Below are positions 38,551 through 52,585 of a DNA stretch of 64,000 nt, piece after piece. Source of the DNA: the human T2T-CHM13v2.0 reference genome, Homo sapiens; NCBI RefSeq assembly GCF_009914755.1, contig NC_060929.1, one strand, 5' to 3'. The position numbers and the translations under genes are program-made. The notes under the pieces were generated by a model, which made no database searches, was not told where the DNA came from, and saw only the letters and a list, made by a program, of their open reading frames with translations. Each line of letters starts with the position of its first letter. The first letter of the stretch is position 1.

Positions 38551-41500
38551 GGCCTTCCTCACTTAGATTTAGATTTCGAAAACCTACATATGGATGTTAG
38601 AATGAAAACTAATACAGGTCAATCTAAAGAATACTAAATAAATTTAAGTTTTGTTAATGGTTTGTTTAGGGACTAAGAAATGCATTCATTTGGGAAATCT
38701 GTTCTGAAATTCCTTCATTTAAGAGTACCCCCCCAGGATAGAGCAAAGTCTTCTGTCCCCAGTAACACATTACTTGTCTTTAGAATCATACGCGATTTAA
38801 ATCATCTCATTGTTATTATTGTCACTCCATTGTCCACTGGCAACTCAGAGCCACACTGTCTCTGTGTTCAAAGCAAATGTTTATCAAATCACGCTCCAAG
38901 GTTTCGTGAAGGCCCTGAAAGCTGAGAGAGGAGGAACTAAAGATGAAATGGGAGTACTGAATGTGAGTCTCAAACCAGGAGGGAAAAAGGTATTGCCCTT
39001 GAATTCTGGCCCACACTGAAGTTTCCGGTTCCAATGTCTTTGTTGCTTTTTCTAATTTTTTGGCTGAGAGCTCGTGTGCTTTCCTCCTCCCAGGGGTTCT
39101 GCTGAGCAGGCCTGGTTGGAAGAGATCCCAGGCGAGAGCAGAGGTCTGAGGATTATTGAAGTGGTTTTCTTTTTAATCACTTATAAAAACAGAGACAAAG
39201 CCAATCACCAGCCATGTGATTTGCTCTAAGTCACTGGGCCTCTAAATTCCCTGAAGAAAGCCAGAGTCAGCTCTTTCCCAACAATGTGATATTTTGAGCT
39301 TCTCTCAATTTGAGAGCCTTAGACCTCTGGAAAGGGGAGGGAGAGAGAGAAAAAAACATACCTTGAACACATGAACAAAGTAGGGACTATAGTGAAACTA
39401 TCATGCTCAAGCACAGGGGATAAGCCTGTGTGTCTCTGCCCCTTTCCAGCACTTTGAAAATTCATTTTCACTTTATTTCCTAGTTGATAAAACTCAGCAC
39501 AATCTCTGTTCCTTCCTCTCATCACCCTCTGATTTTTCTTCTATGGGATTTGCAATCAGAGTTCCTTAAAGGGTAAATTAGGAACAGAAGATGAAGAGAC
39601 TAAGATAAATCTGGTTGCATTGGTCCTTACCAAAATTTAATTAACTAGCATTTGAATAACCACTATCCAGGCAATGATAGGGAACAGAAAAAAGCTCTGG
39701 AAAAGATGGGAGAGATGTCATAACTTTATTGTAATTCTTTTGTATGATCAGTGTTTCCACATCAAGTTCTCACCCCCCAAAAGGACAGCAATAAATCCTG
39801 ATGATTAACAAAAAGAATTAATTTCATTTTGTTGTATTTTGTAATTTTCAAGACTTAGCCCAGTTGAAAACATACATTGCCACCACTTCAACCAGCCCAC
39901 CCCCACTTTATAAAAGAAAGCAATCTGTACAACCAAACCAAATGCTTTCCATTTTTTTTCTCCTCTCAGAAACATCAGCAGACTTAGTCAAGCACAGGCT
40001 GAGTGCCAGCCACAGCAAGATTATGCTAACCCCAAGATGTGGGAGTTGGCTGTGTTCCTCTGAGGCTTGCACAGAATGGTATTAAAAGTAATGAACACAC
40101 AGAGAGACCCTGCAGGGCACGCCATGGTTTGCGTTTATGCCTCATTGGAACACTGCGGGTATTAGCAATTCTTCTAAATCTACATGTGCATGGTGTTTTC
40201 TGTTTTTGCACATGTACTGACTTGCTTCTCAACATATTTGAACCTTCTTTCCATTTTAATTGTCCAATTCCCATACTCTAAATCTACGTCTGCTATCCCC
40301 CTCTCCCTCCTCCTCCCCCAAAACCTGTACTATAACCAATTTGATAGAACTTTTAAGTTCCTTTCTCAGTGAGGTCCCTGTCATCTTTGGAACAGATGAT
40401 ACTTCATGTCATACCCTGAGGTCACACAGACAACTTGAGAAGTTTCAAATTCCATTGCATATTTAAATTATGGTTATAATATTTAGAATCCATCCTACAG
40501 GTTTATTAATTAATGTATAAAATGCAGCTTAATATCACAAATAGTAAGTACCTAATAATTTGGTTGAAACACTCACAGTCCTTAACATTGAAGAAATGTT
40601 GCACATATAATTTTATGTTCAAAAACATATAAGCTAGATATACTAAGGTAATTTGAGATTAGAGAGTATCAATATTCCAACATTTACTATGCATTGAGAC
40701 TTACACTTTTTGTTCAATATGAAAACTGATACAACTGTCAACTTTGCTTAATAGAGAAAAGAAACAAATTAATATAGTACTGCAGTAACCCACTTGGTCT
40801 ATTTCAATAATTATGTTTTATTTGTACTTCTAATCTTTAGAAGGCCCAGGAATCACATTGTTTTAAATAGTTTATAAAAAAACAAGACAGCAACAACAGG
40901 AATGAAATCCCCAAAATCAAGAGCACCATGACACAACTTTCCTACTAGGTGACTCAGATCAATTGAGTGGATCTTCTGAATAGAATTGTAATATACACGC
41001 GTCTATGGAAGCTTTGGCTCAAAGTTCAGTAAATTCCAAGTGAAGTAAGATCTTTAGTGGAAGAAAACAAATCACTAGAAAATTCATGGTCATTACATGG
41101 TTAATGTTAGTGAGTTAATAGTGAGATTACCTCTGATTTAGGCCAGATTATATGGGTATGGTGGTTTCTTTGCATACAGTGGCTATGTACCAAGTAAGGA
41201 GCTGATTGGATTACAATTGTAAGAGGCATGGCAAAGTCCTAAATATATAATTGGCTGAGTTCCTCCAAGTTAAAAGTGCTAATCTCCAATACACATCAGC
41301 CCTGGCTTGGCTTGGCTTGTTAGGTAAACAAAATGTGTCTTGCCTGTCATTGCCATAAAATATTAATGCACTGGAAGTCTCTAAACCTTGCTAAGCATAA
41401 GGCCTATTATCACACTTAAGAGCAAAGCAATCTAATAAATCGCTGGCTGTATAAAAACTAAGTCAGCTGGCAGAGACAGTAATCTCCCTAAGGGATAGTA

Positions 41501-41813
41501 AGAGCCTCATCTTCAACTACGGCAGCTGCAGTTCCAGAGAAATTATGTTTCTTCTGCTCAGTAAAATACATTTGTGCTGAATTCTGTTATTTAAACTCTA
41601 ATGGAATCATTAGGAATATCCACACATTCTGAGTAATAGAAAATTAACTAAGAAAATAATCTATAATACTGTCATACAATAGAGTATTTTCATTAGGCTT
41701 GCATTTTAAAGTGCTAAATCTGATGTAAAATCAAGGTGCTTATTTCTAATATCTATTTTGGAAGAGCATGAACCCCCAACTCATACATAAATAATCACAT
41801 ATAAACATTGAAT

Positions 41814-42860
<1,047 letters not shown>

Positions 42861-43058
42861 CATTGAATTCTGAGTAAAAGCAACTTACTCATTGGGCACT
42901 GGTACGAAGTCCTTCTGGCAATATGTAAACATAAATATACTGTTGTTGCTGTACACCTTAAATACAGTTATAAAATTGCTGTTGAAGTGCCATTTTATGC
43001 TATACCTGACCAATTTCTGAAAATCATAAAATACTTACTTTGACTTACCCCATCCACC

Positions 43059-43062
<4 letters not shown>

Positions 43063-43100
<38 letters not shown>
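43063..43100 (+). repeat. (CA)19 microsatellite
   Basis: Read directly. Confidence 0.97.
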
Positions 43101-43101
<1 letters not shown>

Positions 43102-43169
43102 GTACTGAAATCAACATATTTCCCATAATAAAGAAAATATAAGCAAACAGATTTTTTTAAATATTAATA

Positions 43170-43355
43170 AGTAATAAGAAGTACTTTCACATATGTTATT
43201 TCATTTAAACCTCATAATATCCCAGTAAGGTAAGTACAGCTTTCATGTCCATGTCAAAAATAAAGAAATTGCTAACTCGCCCATAGTCAGCCAGTTAGCA
43301 AAAGGTACTGCCATTCTTGAATCCTGGTCAATTGACTCTGAACACCACACTATTA
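43170..43355 (-). mobile_element. MIR SINE
   Basis: tactttcacatatgttatttcatttaaacctcataat...aactcgcccatagtca...cttgaatcctggtc...tgactct. Confidence 0.75.
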
Positions 43356-44045
43356 AAGGTAAACCATTTTTTGTTGTTGTTTTTTTGTTTTGTTTTCTAC
43401 TTATAATATCTTACCAAAGATAATGCTTCAAATCCTGAAGAGCATTTAGCATACTAATATGTAATTGCTACCCATGAATGGTAATTTTAGGTTACCTGAT
43501 TAATGAATGATGTGCACCTTTCATATGACATTCAGTAATACTAAATAAAATGTTGATGACCTACACATGTGAAAAATATGAACTAAAAAAGCAGCCCTGC
43601 CATATTTAGAAATATTCAATGAAAATATATTTAAATCAGAAGGGAAAAAAAACACATTTTTTACTGGCTCAGGAATTGTAAGCTTGAAACTTACACAGAG
43701 GATAATGTGGGCACCTAACAAATATCCTTTGTATATATGGTGATGGGGCTTCAGTAAGAAAACACAATCCTCGCTAGTGTGTTGTTCATGGTGATAACAC
43801 CCTCAATAAGGCCATGCCATTTTCTGTGTTGAAAATAGCCTTGGGATCAGAGAAGCTGAAGAAAACTGTCATTACAACCAGGTGTGCATCATTTCATCCC
43901 TTAGGAAGAACTAAACAATAATGAATCTGAAGCACACAGATCTTCAGTCGTGTGAAAGTGACTCTGAAAGTTACACATTTTCCTAATTACGCTGATACAA
44001 TCTATAATAGACACTGATATCAACCTCTCTGAATTCCTAACACTT

Positions 44046-44165
44046 ATTTCATTTGTTCAATCAGCACATATCTGTTGACAACATACTCCGTATGCAGCAT
44101 AATGTGAGCTGCTAAAGTGGCAAGGTGATTAAAATTCAGTGCCTATCCTCAAAGTGTCCACACCT
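44046..44165 (-). mobile_element. L2 3' end
   Basis: ttcatttgttcaatcagcacatatctgttgacaacatact...gtgcctatcctcaaag. Confidence 0.6.
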
Positions 44166-44919
44166 TTGTAAAAAATAAAATTGAATAAAATAATGAACTC
44201 GGATATGTTGATAATAGGAAGAAGAACTCAGTGACACACAAGATGCAAATATATATTTTTTCTTAATTTTCTGAAATCAAATCTAGTGCCAATCAAGCAC
44301 TGCCCCTTAGAGCTGGGTCCCCATTGTTTGTGCCCCTCATCCTTTGATCTCTCTCTAGGCTTCCAGGGACCAACCAAGCATTTAGCGGCCAGTGTTTTCA
44401 TGCTCTATCTCCCCCAAAAATCTAAAACACTACTTGTTTGTGCCACCCTTTCTTCTCCATTGAGAATCATTCTGTCATTGGGACTAGCAGCTCTTTCTTT
44501 CTAGCCATGCGAAAGACCCAGTATTTCTCTCTAGTTCACTTCTTTAACAGTTGAGTGTCATGTATACAGAAGCACTGAATGACTCAGGGAGTCAGATTCC
44601 AGAGCCTTAAACTATGAATAACTTGTTTATTTTGAGAAAAAAAAAATTTTTTTAAGTCAATCCAAAGAAGTGCAGTACCAGTGTATCCTCTTCCCAAGCA
44701 CAAAGCCCATTCTTTTATATGCAGCAAAAAATAAATAACATCATTGATTTGGTGCATCCTACTCTTAAATTCTTAGTATCTTACCCTATTACACCTATAA
44801 CACAAGAGCTCAAAGGGGGTGCAAATGAACTGCTAATTCCTTCAACTATACCATGATTTTTCACAATTCCATTTTCATATTTGTACATGACATTTTCTCT
44901 CCTGAAATGAAAAACACTG

Positions 44920-45150
44920 AATTTTCAAGGCTCAGTTCATATGTCACCATTTCTATAAATTAATTCCCAACTTCTCTAAGCAAAGAAACTTCCTACACAT
45001 TCCTTCACTTCAACAGCATTTTAATATCTCTATCATAGTATATTTAAGGTTATATTATAATTACGTGTTTACTTATCTGTCTCTTACCGAATTATCTCTT
45101 TGAGGAGCAGCACTATTTTCAATTCATAATTGTGTCCCCTATTAGCATTC
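44920..45150 (+). mobile_element. L2 3' region fragment
   Basis: ttcaaggctcagttcatatgtcacc...gtgtttacttatctgtctc...ctctttgagg...tgtgtcccc. Confidence 0.65.
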
Positions 45151-45595
45151 AGTCTCAGTCTCAGCTTTGGAATACCTAAAATGACATCATAATGGTAAAA
45201 AGGGGATGGATGTTAAGGAAAAAAAAAAATAGCCAAAATCAAGACTATAGGTGGGCCCAGATCAAGATGAGCCAATCCTCAAGAATACTGGCTAATCATC
45301 CAAGCAATTCAATTCAGGGGAAGGAGTCCTCTCCACAGGAATGAATGGGTAGTGGTGAAACTTTCATCAGGCTGGTGTAGTATTTAGATACAAGGAATTC
45401 TCATAAGTTGAATCTATATACTAGTCTGTGATATGTAGTGTAGAGGCTCATGAGTAATGAAAACAGTGAGTGTCCCAGTCAGGTAAACTAGAGACCAGAG
45501 CAGGGGAGAATCAAGGAAAGAGATCAGCCATACGGCCTAAAGAGGTTTTTCCTTTACCTTTCTTTACAATAATATCATCAGTATGGTAGTACTAG

Positions 45596-45911
45596 TAAGA
45601 CAGCCAGGTGGGAGGGGGTCCCTGGAGGAACTTCAACCAGCCTCCCCACTGAGGTGGAGCCTTGGGAAGTTCATGAGGTTTGTAGTAGGCCCCTCCTCTT
45701 CCTGTGTGGAAACTGAGATTCGAAGTGCTGGTTGGGAGGCCCTCTAGCAGACACTCTGGCCTTGCAAAAGTCCCTGTTTCCCCCTTATCTGCCTTTATAC
45801 CCAATAAAACCCTGTCTTACTCACCATTTAAATTGTCTGTGAGCCTGAATTTTCATGGCTGTGGGTCAAAGAACCCTGTTTTTAGCTGAACTAAGGAAAA
45901 GTCCTGCAATG
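45596..45911 (+). mobile_element. ERV1 solo LTR, MER61A-like
   Basis: agacagccaggtgggagggggtccc...cccaataaaaccctg...tttagctgaactaaggaaaagtcctgcaa; exact 4-bp TSD ctag at 45592-45595 and 45912-45915. Confidence 0.85.
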
Positions 45912-46010
45912 CTAGTTCATAGGAGTGATCATTATATTATCATCAATAGCAGCTATAGTAATAAAGAAAAACATCCCCAAAGTCCTCAAAATACTTTCCT
46001 TCATATGCTA

Positions 46011-46052
46011 TTAGGTTAGTGCAAAACTGCAATTACTTTTGCACCAACCTAA
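46011..46052. mobile_element. Internally deleted MADE1 (Hsmar1-derived MITE)
   Basis: TIRs ttaggttagtgcaaaa / ttttgcaccaacctaa flanked by TA on both sides; 42 bp against the usual 80 bp. Confidence 0.9.
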
Positions 46053-46426
46053 TATTATCCAGAACTAAATAAAATAATGCACTCAAATATGTTGCTTATA
46101 AGCATCAAATGCACAATGATACAGAAGACGAAAGAATTACATTTCTTAAGTTTCTTAAAACAAATTTCATCTGGACTCCAAGACTCCATTTTCCAGTGTT
46201 GGTAAAAGGGCCCCATCAGTCACATTGGCTCCTCTCTCCCTTGCTTTCTCCAGTCTCAGGAAAATGGCCGAGTGCCCTCAGCCTTAATGCATGCGCACAT
46301 TCCTAAGGTCACATGATCATTCCTAGACGTTCAATGCTAATTGGACTTCCTTGATTGCCTTAAATCAATATTGATACATTCCCTGGGTCTCGGCACATTG
46401 TCATACAAACAAAGTCAACAAAGAAG

Positions 46427-46614
46427 AAGTGGAAATAGCTGTTGGGAAGGCCACCCACAGTATCTACTACAATCAGATTGAAAAGAGGTTCCCAAAAATA
46501 TCAACAAGAGACAAAGTGGTGGGAGGAACGAAAGAGACATTATGAAAATATTGAGACTAGAAATGTCATCATAAGCTAATGTATTAATTTCATAGGGAAA
46601 GAATAAATAAATAG
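46427..46614 (+). repeat. Left arm of a ~190-bp inverted duplication (partner 48122-48610)
   Basis: Reverse complement of 48122-48610 once the Alu is removed; about 15 substitutions and 2 gaps by manual alignment. Confidence 0.92.
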
Positions 46615-48120
46615 GGGGAAAGACACTTTAGAAGAAACAATGACTTAAAATTCTCAAAATTAAAGAAAAATATAAGAGCTCATTAAAAGAATGTATAATG
46701 GCAAACTGAATAAATTAGAACAAACATACAGTGAGACAAGTTATAGCAAAAATTGAGAACATCAAGTAAGAATAAAAAGTTCTTTAAGTTTCTAGAAAGG
46801 AAAATCCAATTACATATAAAGGAATTATAATCAGATTGACATTGAAATTCTCAAAGACTATATTATATTCAGGAAACAATGGAGTTACATTTTCAAAGTG
46901 TTGAAAGAAAAGCACATTAAACTAGAATTCTATATCCAACTAAATGTTTTATTTAACTCTGAGTGTAAAATAAAACTATTATCAGGCACACAAGCCTTCA
47001 TAAACTTTATTGCATAAAAACCTCTTTGACCTGTTCTCCAGCAAGTCAAGAAATACATCCAGGAGAATGCTGCAGATACACGGGAATTATGGGCGCATAA
47101 ATATCTTAGGGAAATATTTGTGTCTAAAAAAGCAATAATCATAGGAAAACAATCTTAAAAAATTAAATGTCCATAATATTTAAGAATTAGATTTCTAGTT
47201 TACATGAAGAGTTTAACTTACTGAAATAGAATTTATAGATATTTATAAGCTTAAAAAACTGATTAAAAACTAATCTTTAGTATTAATTTTAATAAAGAAT
47301 CACTTTTTAAATCAGCAGAAGAAAATGTACTATATTCAGTGGACATAAGAAGTATACAAAAAGAAAAATTAAAGAAATACTCTTCATAAATTGATTTAAA
47401 AAAACAGAATGTAATCCAAATGTAAAAATAACTAAAAACAGAAGTAAATCACAATCTAATAGTAATTTAAAGAAATGGAAATGACTGTGATTAATGATCT
47501 GATGGATTTTTGAGAGATCTAGAAATATTAAGCAGCAAAACATGTGAAGCTCAAAAATACAGGGATAGAAAAAAAATGACTTCATATAAATATAAACCTA
47601 AAACAGCCAGAAACAGACAACATGATTTAAAGTAAAAATGATCATGAGAAAAAAAATTGAGATATTTTATTTTGGTTATGTGCCATTATCATGAATCTAT
47701 ATCCACATAACAACACAACTGAAAAATGTTATATAACAACTACTGACAGAACTACAATGAAAATGTATAAAACCACAATTATAGTTGGAGATTATTAACT
47801 ATGAATCACTACAAATAAATCAAGCAGACCCAAAAAAGCAAGTGTTATTTTCTACATTAAAATAAGCTCTAATAAACATTACATCAACAGACACTAGACA
47901 TTCACTTCAAGCAAAATTAGAAAATTTAGAAAAATTAACCTCGTACAAGGCTACAAAGAAGGGCTCAAAGAATTCATAAGAACCAATATTATACAGACTT
48001 TATAAAGAAATAAAAGTATAAATTAATAATAAAAAGATAGCTAAGCAAGTAGTATCTATAAGGAAATATTTCTCAATAACCCTTGGATTCAAGAAAGGAA
48101 ATTTAAAAGAAAAATTAGAG
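46475..48120 (+). mobile_element. Ancient L1M (ORF1 to ORF2 endonuclease region), heavily decayed
   Basis: ORF1-like acaatggagttacattttcaaagtgttgaaagaaa and ctagaattctatatccaactaaa; ORF2-like accacaattatagttggagatt and aataacccttggattcaaga. Confidence 0.75.
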
Positions 48121-48121
48121 T

Positions 48122-48610
48122 CTATTTATTAATTCTTTCCCTATGAAATTAATATATTAACTTATGTTGACATTTCTAGTCTCAATTTTTTTTTTCTTTG
48201 AGATGGAGTCTCTCTCTGTCGCCCCGGCTGGAGTGCAGTGGCGCAATCTCAGCTCACCTCAACCTCTAACTCTGAGGTTCATGCCATTCTCCTGCCTCAG
48301 CCTCTTGAGTAGCTGGGACTACGGGCTTGTGCCACCACGCCCGGCTACTTTTTTTTCTATTTTTAGTAGAGACAGGGTTTCACCCTGTTAGCCAGGATGG
48401 TCTTGATCTCCTGACCTCATGATCCGCATGCCTCAGCCTCCCAAAGTGCTGAGATTACAGACTTGAGCCACTGCCACTGGCCTAGTCTCAATATTTTTAT
48501 AATATCTCATTCTTCCCATCACTTTGTCTCTTCTTAATATTTTTGAGAACCTCTTTCAACCTGATTGTAGTAGATACTGTTGGTGGCCTTCCTAACAGCT
48601 ATTTCCACTT
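48122..48610 (-). repeat. Right arm of the inverted duplication, split by an Alu
   Basis: 48122-48186 plus 48483-48610 form the reverse complement of 46427-46614. Confidence 0.92.
48186..48482 (-). mobile_element. Alu (AluSc/Y-like)
   Basis: Antisense dimer with ttagccaggatggtcttgatctcctgacctcatgatcc; TSD tagtctcaat at 48177-48186 and 48483-48492. Confidence 0.95.
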
Positions 48611-48702
48611 TTATGCTCTACAGTCTTACAGCAGAAAAATAGTAGGAATACTATATTTCAAAATTCAATCACCCATATGACACAAATTAAAAGCTATGCC
48701 GG

Positions 48703-48980
48703 GGCCTGTTGCGATGGTTCACGCCTGTAATCCCAGCACTTTGGGAGGCTGACGCAGGTGGATCAGTTGAAGCTAGGAGTTCAAGACCAGCCTGGGAAAC
48801 ATGGGGAAACCCCATTTCTGCAAAAAATACAAAAATTATCTGGGTGTCATGGTGTACACCTGTGGTCCCAGCTACTTGGGAGGCTGAGGTGGGAGGATCA
48901 CTTGAGCCTAGGAGGCAGTTGCAGTGAGCCCAGACCATGCCACTGCACTCCAGCCTGGGCGACTGAGTGAGACCCTGTTT
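48703..48980 (+). mobile_element. AluJ
   Basis: ggaggatcacttgagcctaggagg and gagaccctgt are J diagnostics; a C-rich tract precedes a short A run. Confidence 0.92.
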
Positions 48981-49266
48981 CCCCCTTCCCTTCCCCCTCA
49001 AAAAATGTGGACTGATATAACTAACACACAAACAACAAATGAGATCTCACACTTTTTTTAGTGCAAGTACAGTATCTAAAACAAAGAAGGCCAGACTTTA
49101 TTCTGAATGGGTTTTTTTTTGTACTATATACTACAATATAAGGACAACTGTGATAAAAAGAAAAATAAGCGCACCAGGGTGGGAAAACACCTGTGCTCAA
49201 CAACTCATTCAGATGGTTAGGAGTTTAGGACAGGGACAGAAGCACAGGCACACTGGTCCTGAAATA

Positions 49267-49415
49267 TAGTCAGCCCCCATCACCTGCAGGTTCTGCGCCA
49301 GCGAGTTTGGCATCTGCCGCACAGATTCAACCAACTGCAGATCAGAGTATTTTGAAAAAACAATTAAAAATAATACAAATTTTAAAATACAAATAACTAT
49401 TACATAGCATTTATT
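49267..49415 (+). mobile_element. MER2 (TcMar-Tigger) 5' fragment
   Basis: agtcagccc...gattcaaccaactgcagatc...aataatacaaat...aactattacatagcattta. Confidence 0.75.
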
Positions 49416-49534
49416 CATTCCTACTGCATTTCCCCAGCCTATATTCCTTTCCCATTCTTCTAGACTACAAGTATCTTGGTTTATCCTCTTTTCCCAATTT
49501 TAATACTTCCCCTCTCCTTATCCTCAACTTCCTT

Positions 49535-49909
49535 TCAGTGTGACTGAGGAAGTGGGAAATATCAGAAAATAACTTTTACAGACTCTAAAAATCCCACCTC
49601 CCACCTACATCTATCTCTACCCATAGCTGCTGCATCCCCTCTTGTCACTGTGGATGAACACTTTCCAAATTAAAGCCAGCTTCTCCATGTGTGCACTGGA
49701 TCCCAATCCCTCTGATACTCCAAAACATCACAAGCTGCTTCTTTATTATCCTATCTTGCTCTTCCTCCTCCTTTGTCACGACTTTTTCACACTCGACTAG
49801 ATCATTACTATCAGCATACAGTCATTCTAAAATCTCTCAACTGCATATTATCCTACAGACTCTATCTCGTTTCTCCACTCCCCCACATTAGGACATTGTT
49901 CTAGGAATT

Positions 49910-49971
<62 letters not shown>

Positions 49972-50708
49972 TCACTCACATACACACCAATTTTTCCAAT
50001 AAGCTTATAAACATTCTATTATTTCTTCCACTGCTAAAAGAAGAAAAACTCATAATCCCACAACAGCTCCAGCTACTGTCCTATGTCATTCCTTCTCCTG
50101 GAAGAAAACTCCTAGGAACAGTATTTAATATAATGTCTCCAATTTCTCTTTTTCCACTTTCCTTAGAATCCTTAGACTTCTGCCCTCCGCTACTATTTCA
50201 ACTTCAAGTTCTTATCCAGTTCACCTATGATCTCTATTTTGCTAAATCCAATGGTCAGTTCTCGTGTTACTTAACCATATCAGCAGCATTTTAGACTTTT
50301 ATATTTAGTAATTTTTACAACCTGGAAAGTTTAGGCTTAGTCCTGCCTTAAGTTCTCTTAAGGTCACTGTGTCACACTGACCACCTGTAGGAAACAACCA
50401 CCTCCCTCCAACATAGACACACTCACACACACAAACACTGCCACATGAATCTACACAAGTATGCATACACACACTCATAAGGGAGATCCTATCTCCCTCA
50501 TCCTACTTGATTTTTTTATAGCACGCATCACCATTTGACAGACTATTTACTTGTTTGTTTATATTCTCTCTCCCACCATTGGAATGTAAGTTTCACAAAG
50601 ACAGGGACTTTGTTTTATTCACCACTAAATTCCCAGCACCTACAAGTATTCAAATATAGTAGGTATTCAACAAGTTTTGTTTGAACGAGCAAATAAATAA
50701 ATAAGTGA
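49535..50708 (+). mobile_element. L2a-like LINE fragments including the 3' end
   Basis: tgtgcactggatcccaatccctct, gctaaatccaatggtcagttctc, gaatgtaagtttcacaaagacagggacttt and tagtaggtattcaacaag...aataaataa. Confidence 0.8.
49913..49987 (+). repeat. Compound (CT)n(CA)n microsatellite
   Basis: About 22 CT units followed by an interrupted CA run. Confidence 0.95.
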
Positions 50709-51045
50709 AACCAATGTTTAAATTTAGCAAATTTCCTGGAAGATAAAAATCGTCATTTAATTAGCAATGACAAATCAAACATGCTAACAAGCCATAATAT
50801 GAATATTGCATACATGTATTTATTCATTTGTAGTATTTGTACCTTACCTGTTCCAAAAAATGATTTGAGGCAGATGATATGTATATGGTATTGCTATTTA
50901 TACCCTGCGTGCAGAATATGCTGTCACTTACGAAGGAGATAAATGCTAATTTCTTTCATAAAATGTAAGAGTAACCATTCGAAAACTGAGGAGGGGGAAC
51001 AGGCTAAAAAGCATTTATTTAAGTAATAACTGACCAGAAATTTGT

Positions 51046-51046
<1 letters not shown>

Positions 51047-51092
<46 letters not shown>
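51047..51092 (+). repeat. (TAGA)11 tetranucleotide STR
   Basis: Uninterrupted run read directly; likely length-polymorphic. Confidence 0.97.
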
Positions 51093-51094
<2 letters not shown>

Positions 51095-52576
51095 TTTTAA
51101 AAATACCAGAGGGCAATGTCAAGATTAGGGTATATTTGAGGTAAGAGAAAACAAGAAGATTCTTGATTTGAAGAGTGAAGATGTCAAATGAGCCTACACT
51201 CTCTTTTTACACACACACACGCAAAAAGAGAGACATCTTTTAATTCCTGGTAAGAAAGTAATTTTTATGATGAGATTGGCTAGAATCTGGAATCAGTTTT
51301 CCATGGAAGAAGAGAAAGCCTTGAGGCCATTGAAATAAAACCATTCAAAACAGGGGAAAATGTACTACAGAACAAAGAAAAATGCTGCCCTGATCCCTGG
51401 AGGCTGCAGCCAAGAACTGAATAGGCCTTTTCAATCTCCAGCCATTATGAGTTAGGTAACTATTCTGAGAATATATGAAAGGAGTGGTTTTTCCTATCCA
51501 TGTTGAGCTCCTATTAGCCCCTTGAGGAAATAGTGGTTTCGCAGAAAGTGTGAATTCTCAGTGTTACTGAAATGACCTTGTTTAATTTCCTCATAAAAAA
51601 AAGTCAATCTAATAATAGCTACATCTTCTAATATTAACAAAGCTGCAAAAGTTACACAAAGTTAGAATAATTTTCCTTTGCTTGGACAGCAAAATCCTTC
51701 AGTGTCCTTGTCTTTCTTTTCCCAATGTGCCACCCCCTTTCTAGTCTATATTTGCTCTTTAATATTTGATTCCACATTTTCCAGTCACCCTGATGCAAAG
51801 CAGCAGTGTGAAGTTGAACGATTCAAAACGGAAAGAGGAGATGGCTGCCACCCCACCATGAGCAAATCCACTGAACTGTAAATCTACCCTGCATTTAATT
51901 ACCCAACTAGACGGTGCGATGATAAGGTCTCCAGAGTGTTGTACTATCATGAGTGATTGAGTATGCTTGCAGTAATAAGCTTTTCTACAGCTAAGCCAAA
52001 AGGTTAAAAGTATACGTAGAACTTCAAGGCAAGCATTGTTTTTAAATAGCTGCAAAGCCAAAAGAACAACAGAAACTTCTTTTGAATGAATGTCTTGGTT
52101 TCAAAACCTTCCGCTGAAAAAGGAGAGTTTTATGGAAAGGAGTGTGTTCCCTCAAGCAAATTTACAAGTAGTCGGGTCAGTAACAAGGGTGGGAAGACTG
52201 CCCTTTCCCGCCAGCTTATACCACATCCACAACTCACATTTGTATAGTGAAAAGTAAAGATGATTGGACTTGTGAGATGAATCAGCAATTCCCAATCACA
52301 GCAGCAAAATAAGACTGTTTTCTTTCTGAATCATTGTGGCAGTCAATGGAAAAGTGACAAATAGACTTTGTTCTCCATCAGTGATGGGAGGGGAATTTAT
52401 GTTGGGAGCCAAATTTCCAAAGTAAGGCATAACAGACTTGCCAGCAAAACTGTTCACACCCCCACAGAGACCACAAAACCCTGCAGCTGTAATTTCAGAA
52501 ACACACATGTGTATAAATCAAGTAATTGCACACCTAACTATCCACTTGAGCCTGTGTGCTGGGTTTTTTTCCAGGT

Positions 52577-52585
52577 GCCTGAGGC
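52577..52585. promoter_or_regulatory. Candidate TFAP2 site GCCTGAGGC inside an extended palindrome
   Basis: caggtgcc-tga-ggcacttg matches GCCNNNGGC; motif only. Confidence 0.25.

Noticed and set aside
51047-51092. (TAGA)11 as a known forensic STR
   Set aside because: The flanks do not match the markers I could recall (D5S818, D7S820), so no name can be supported.
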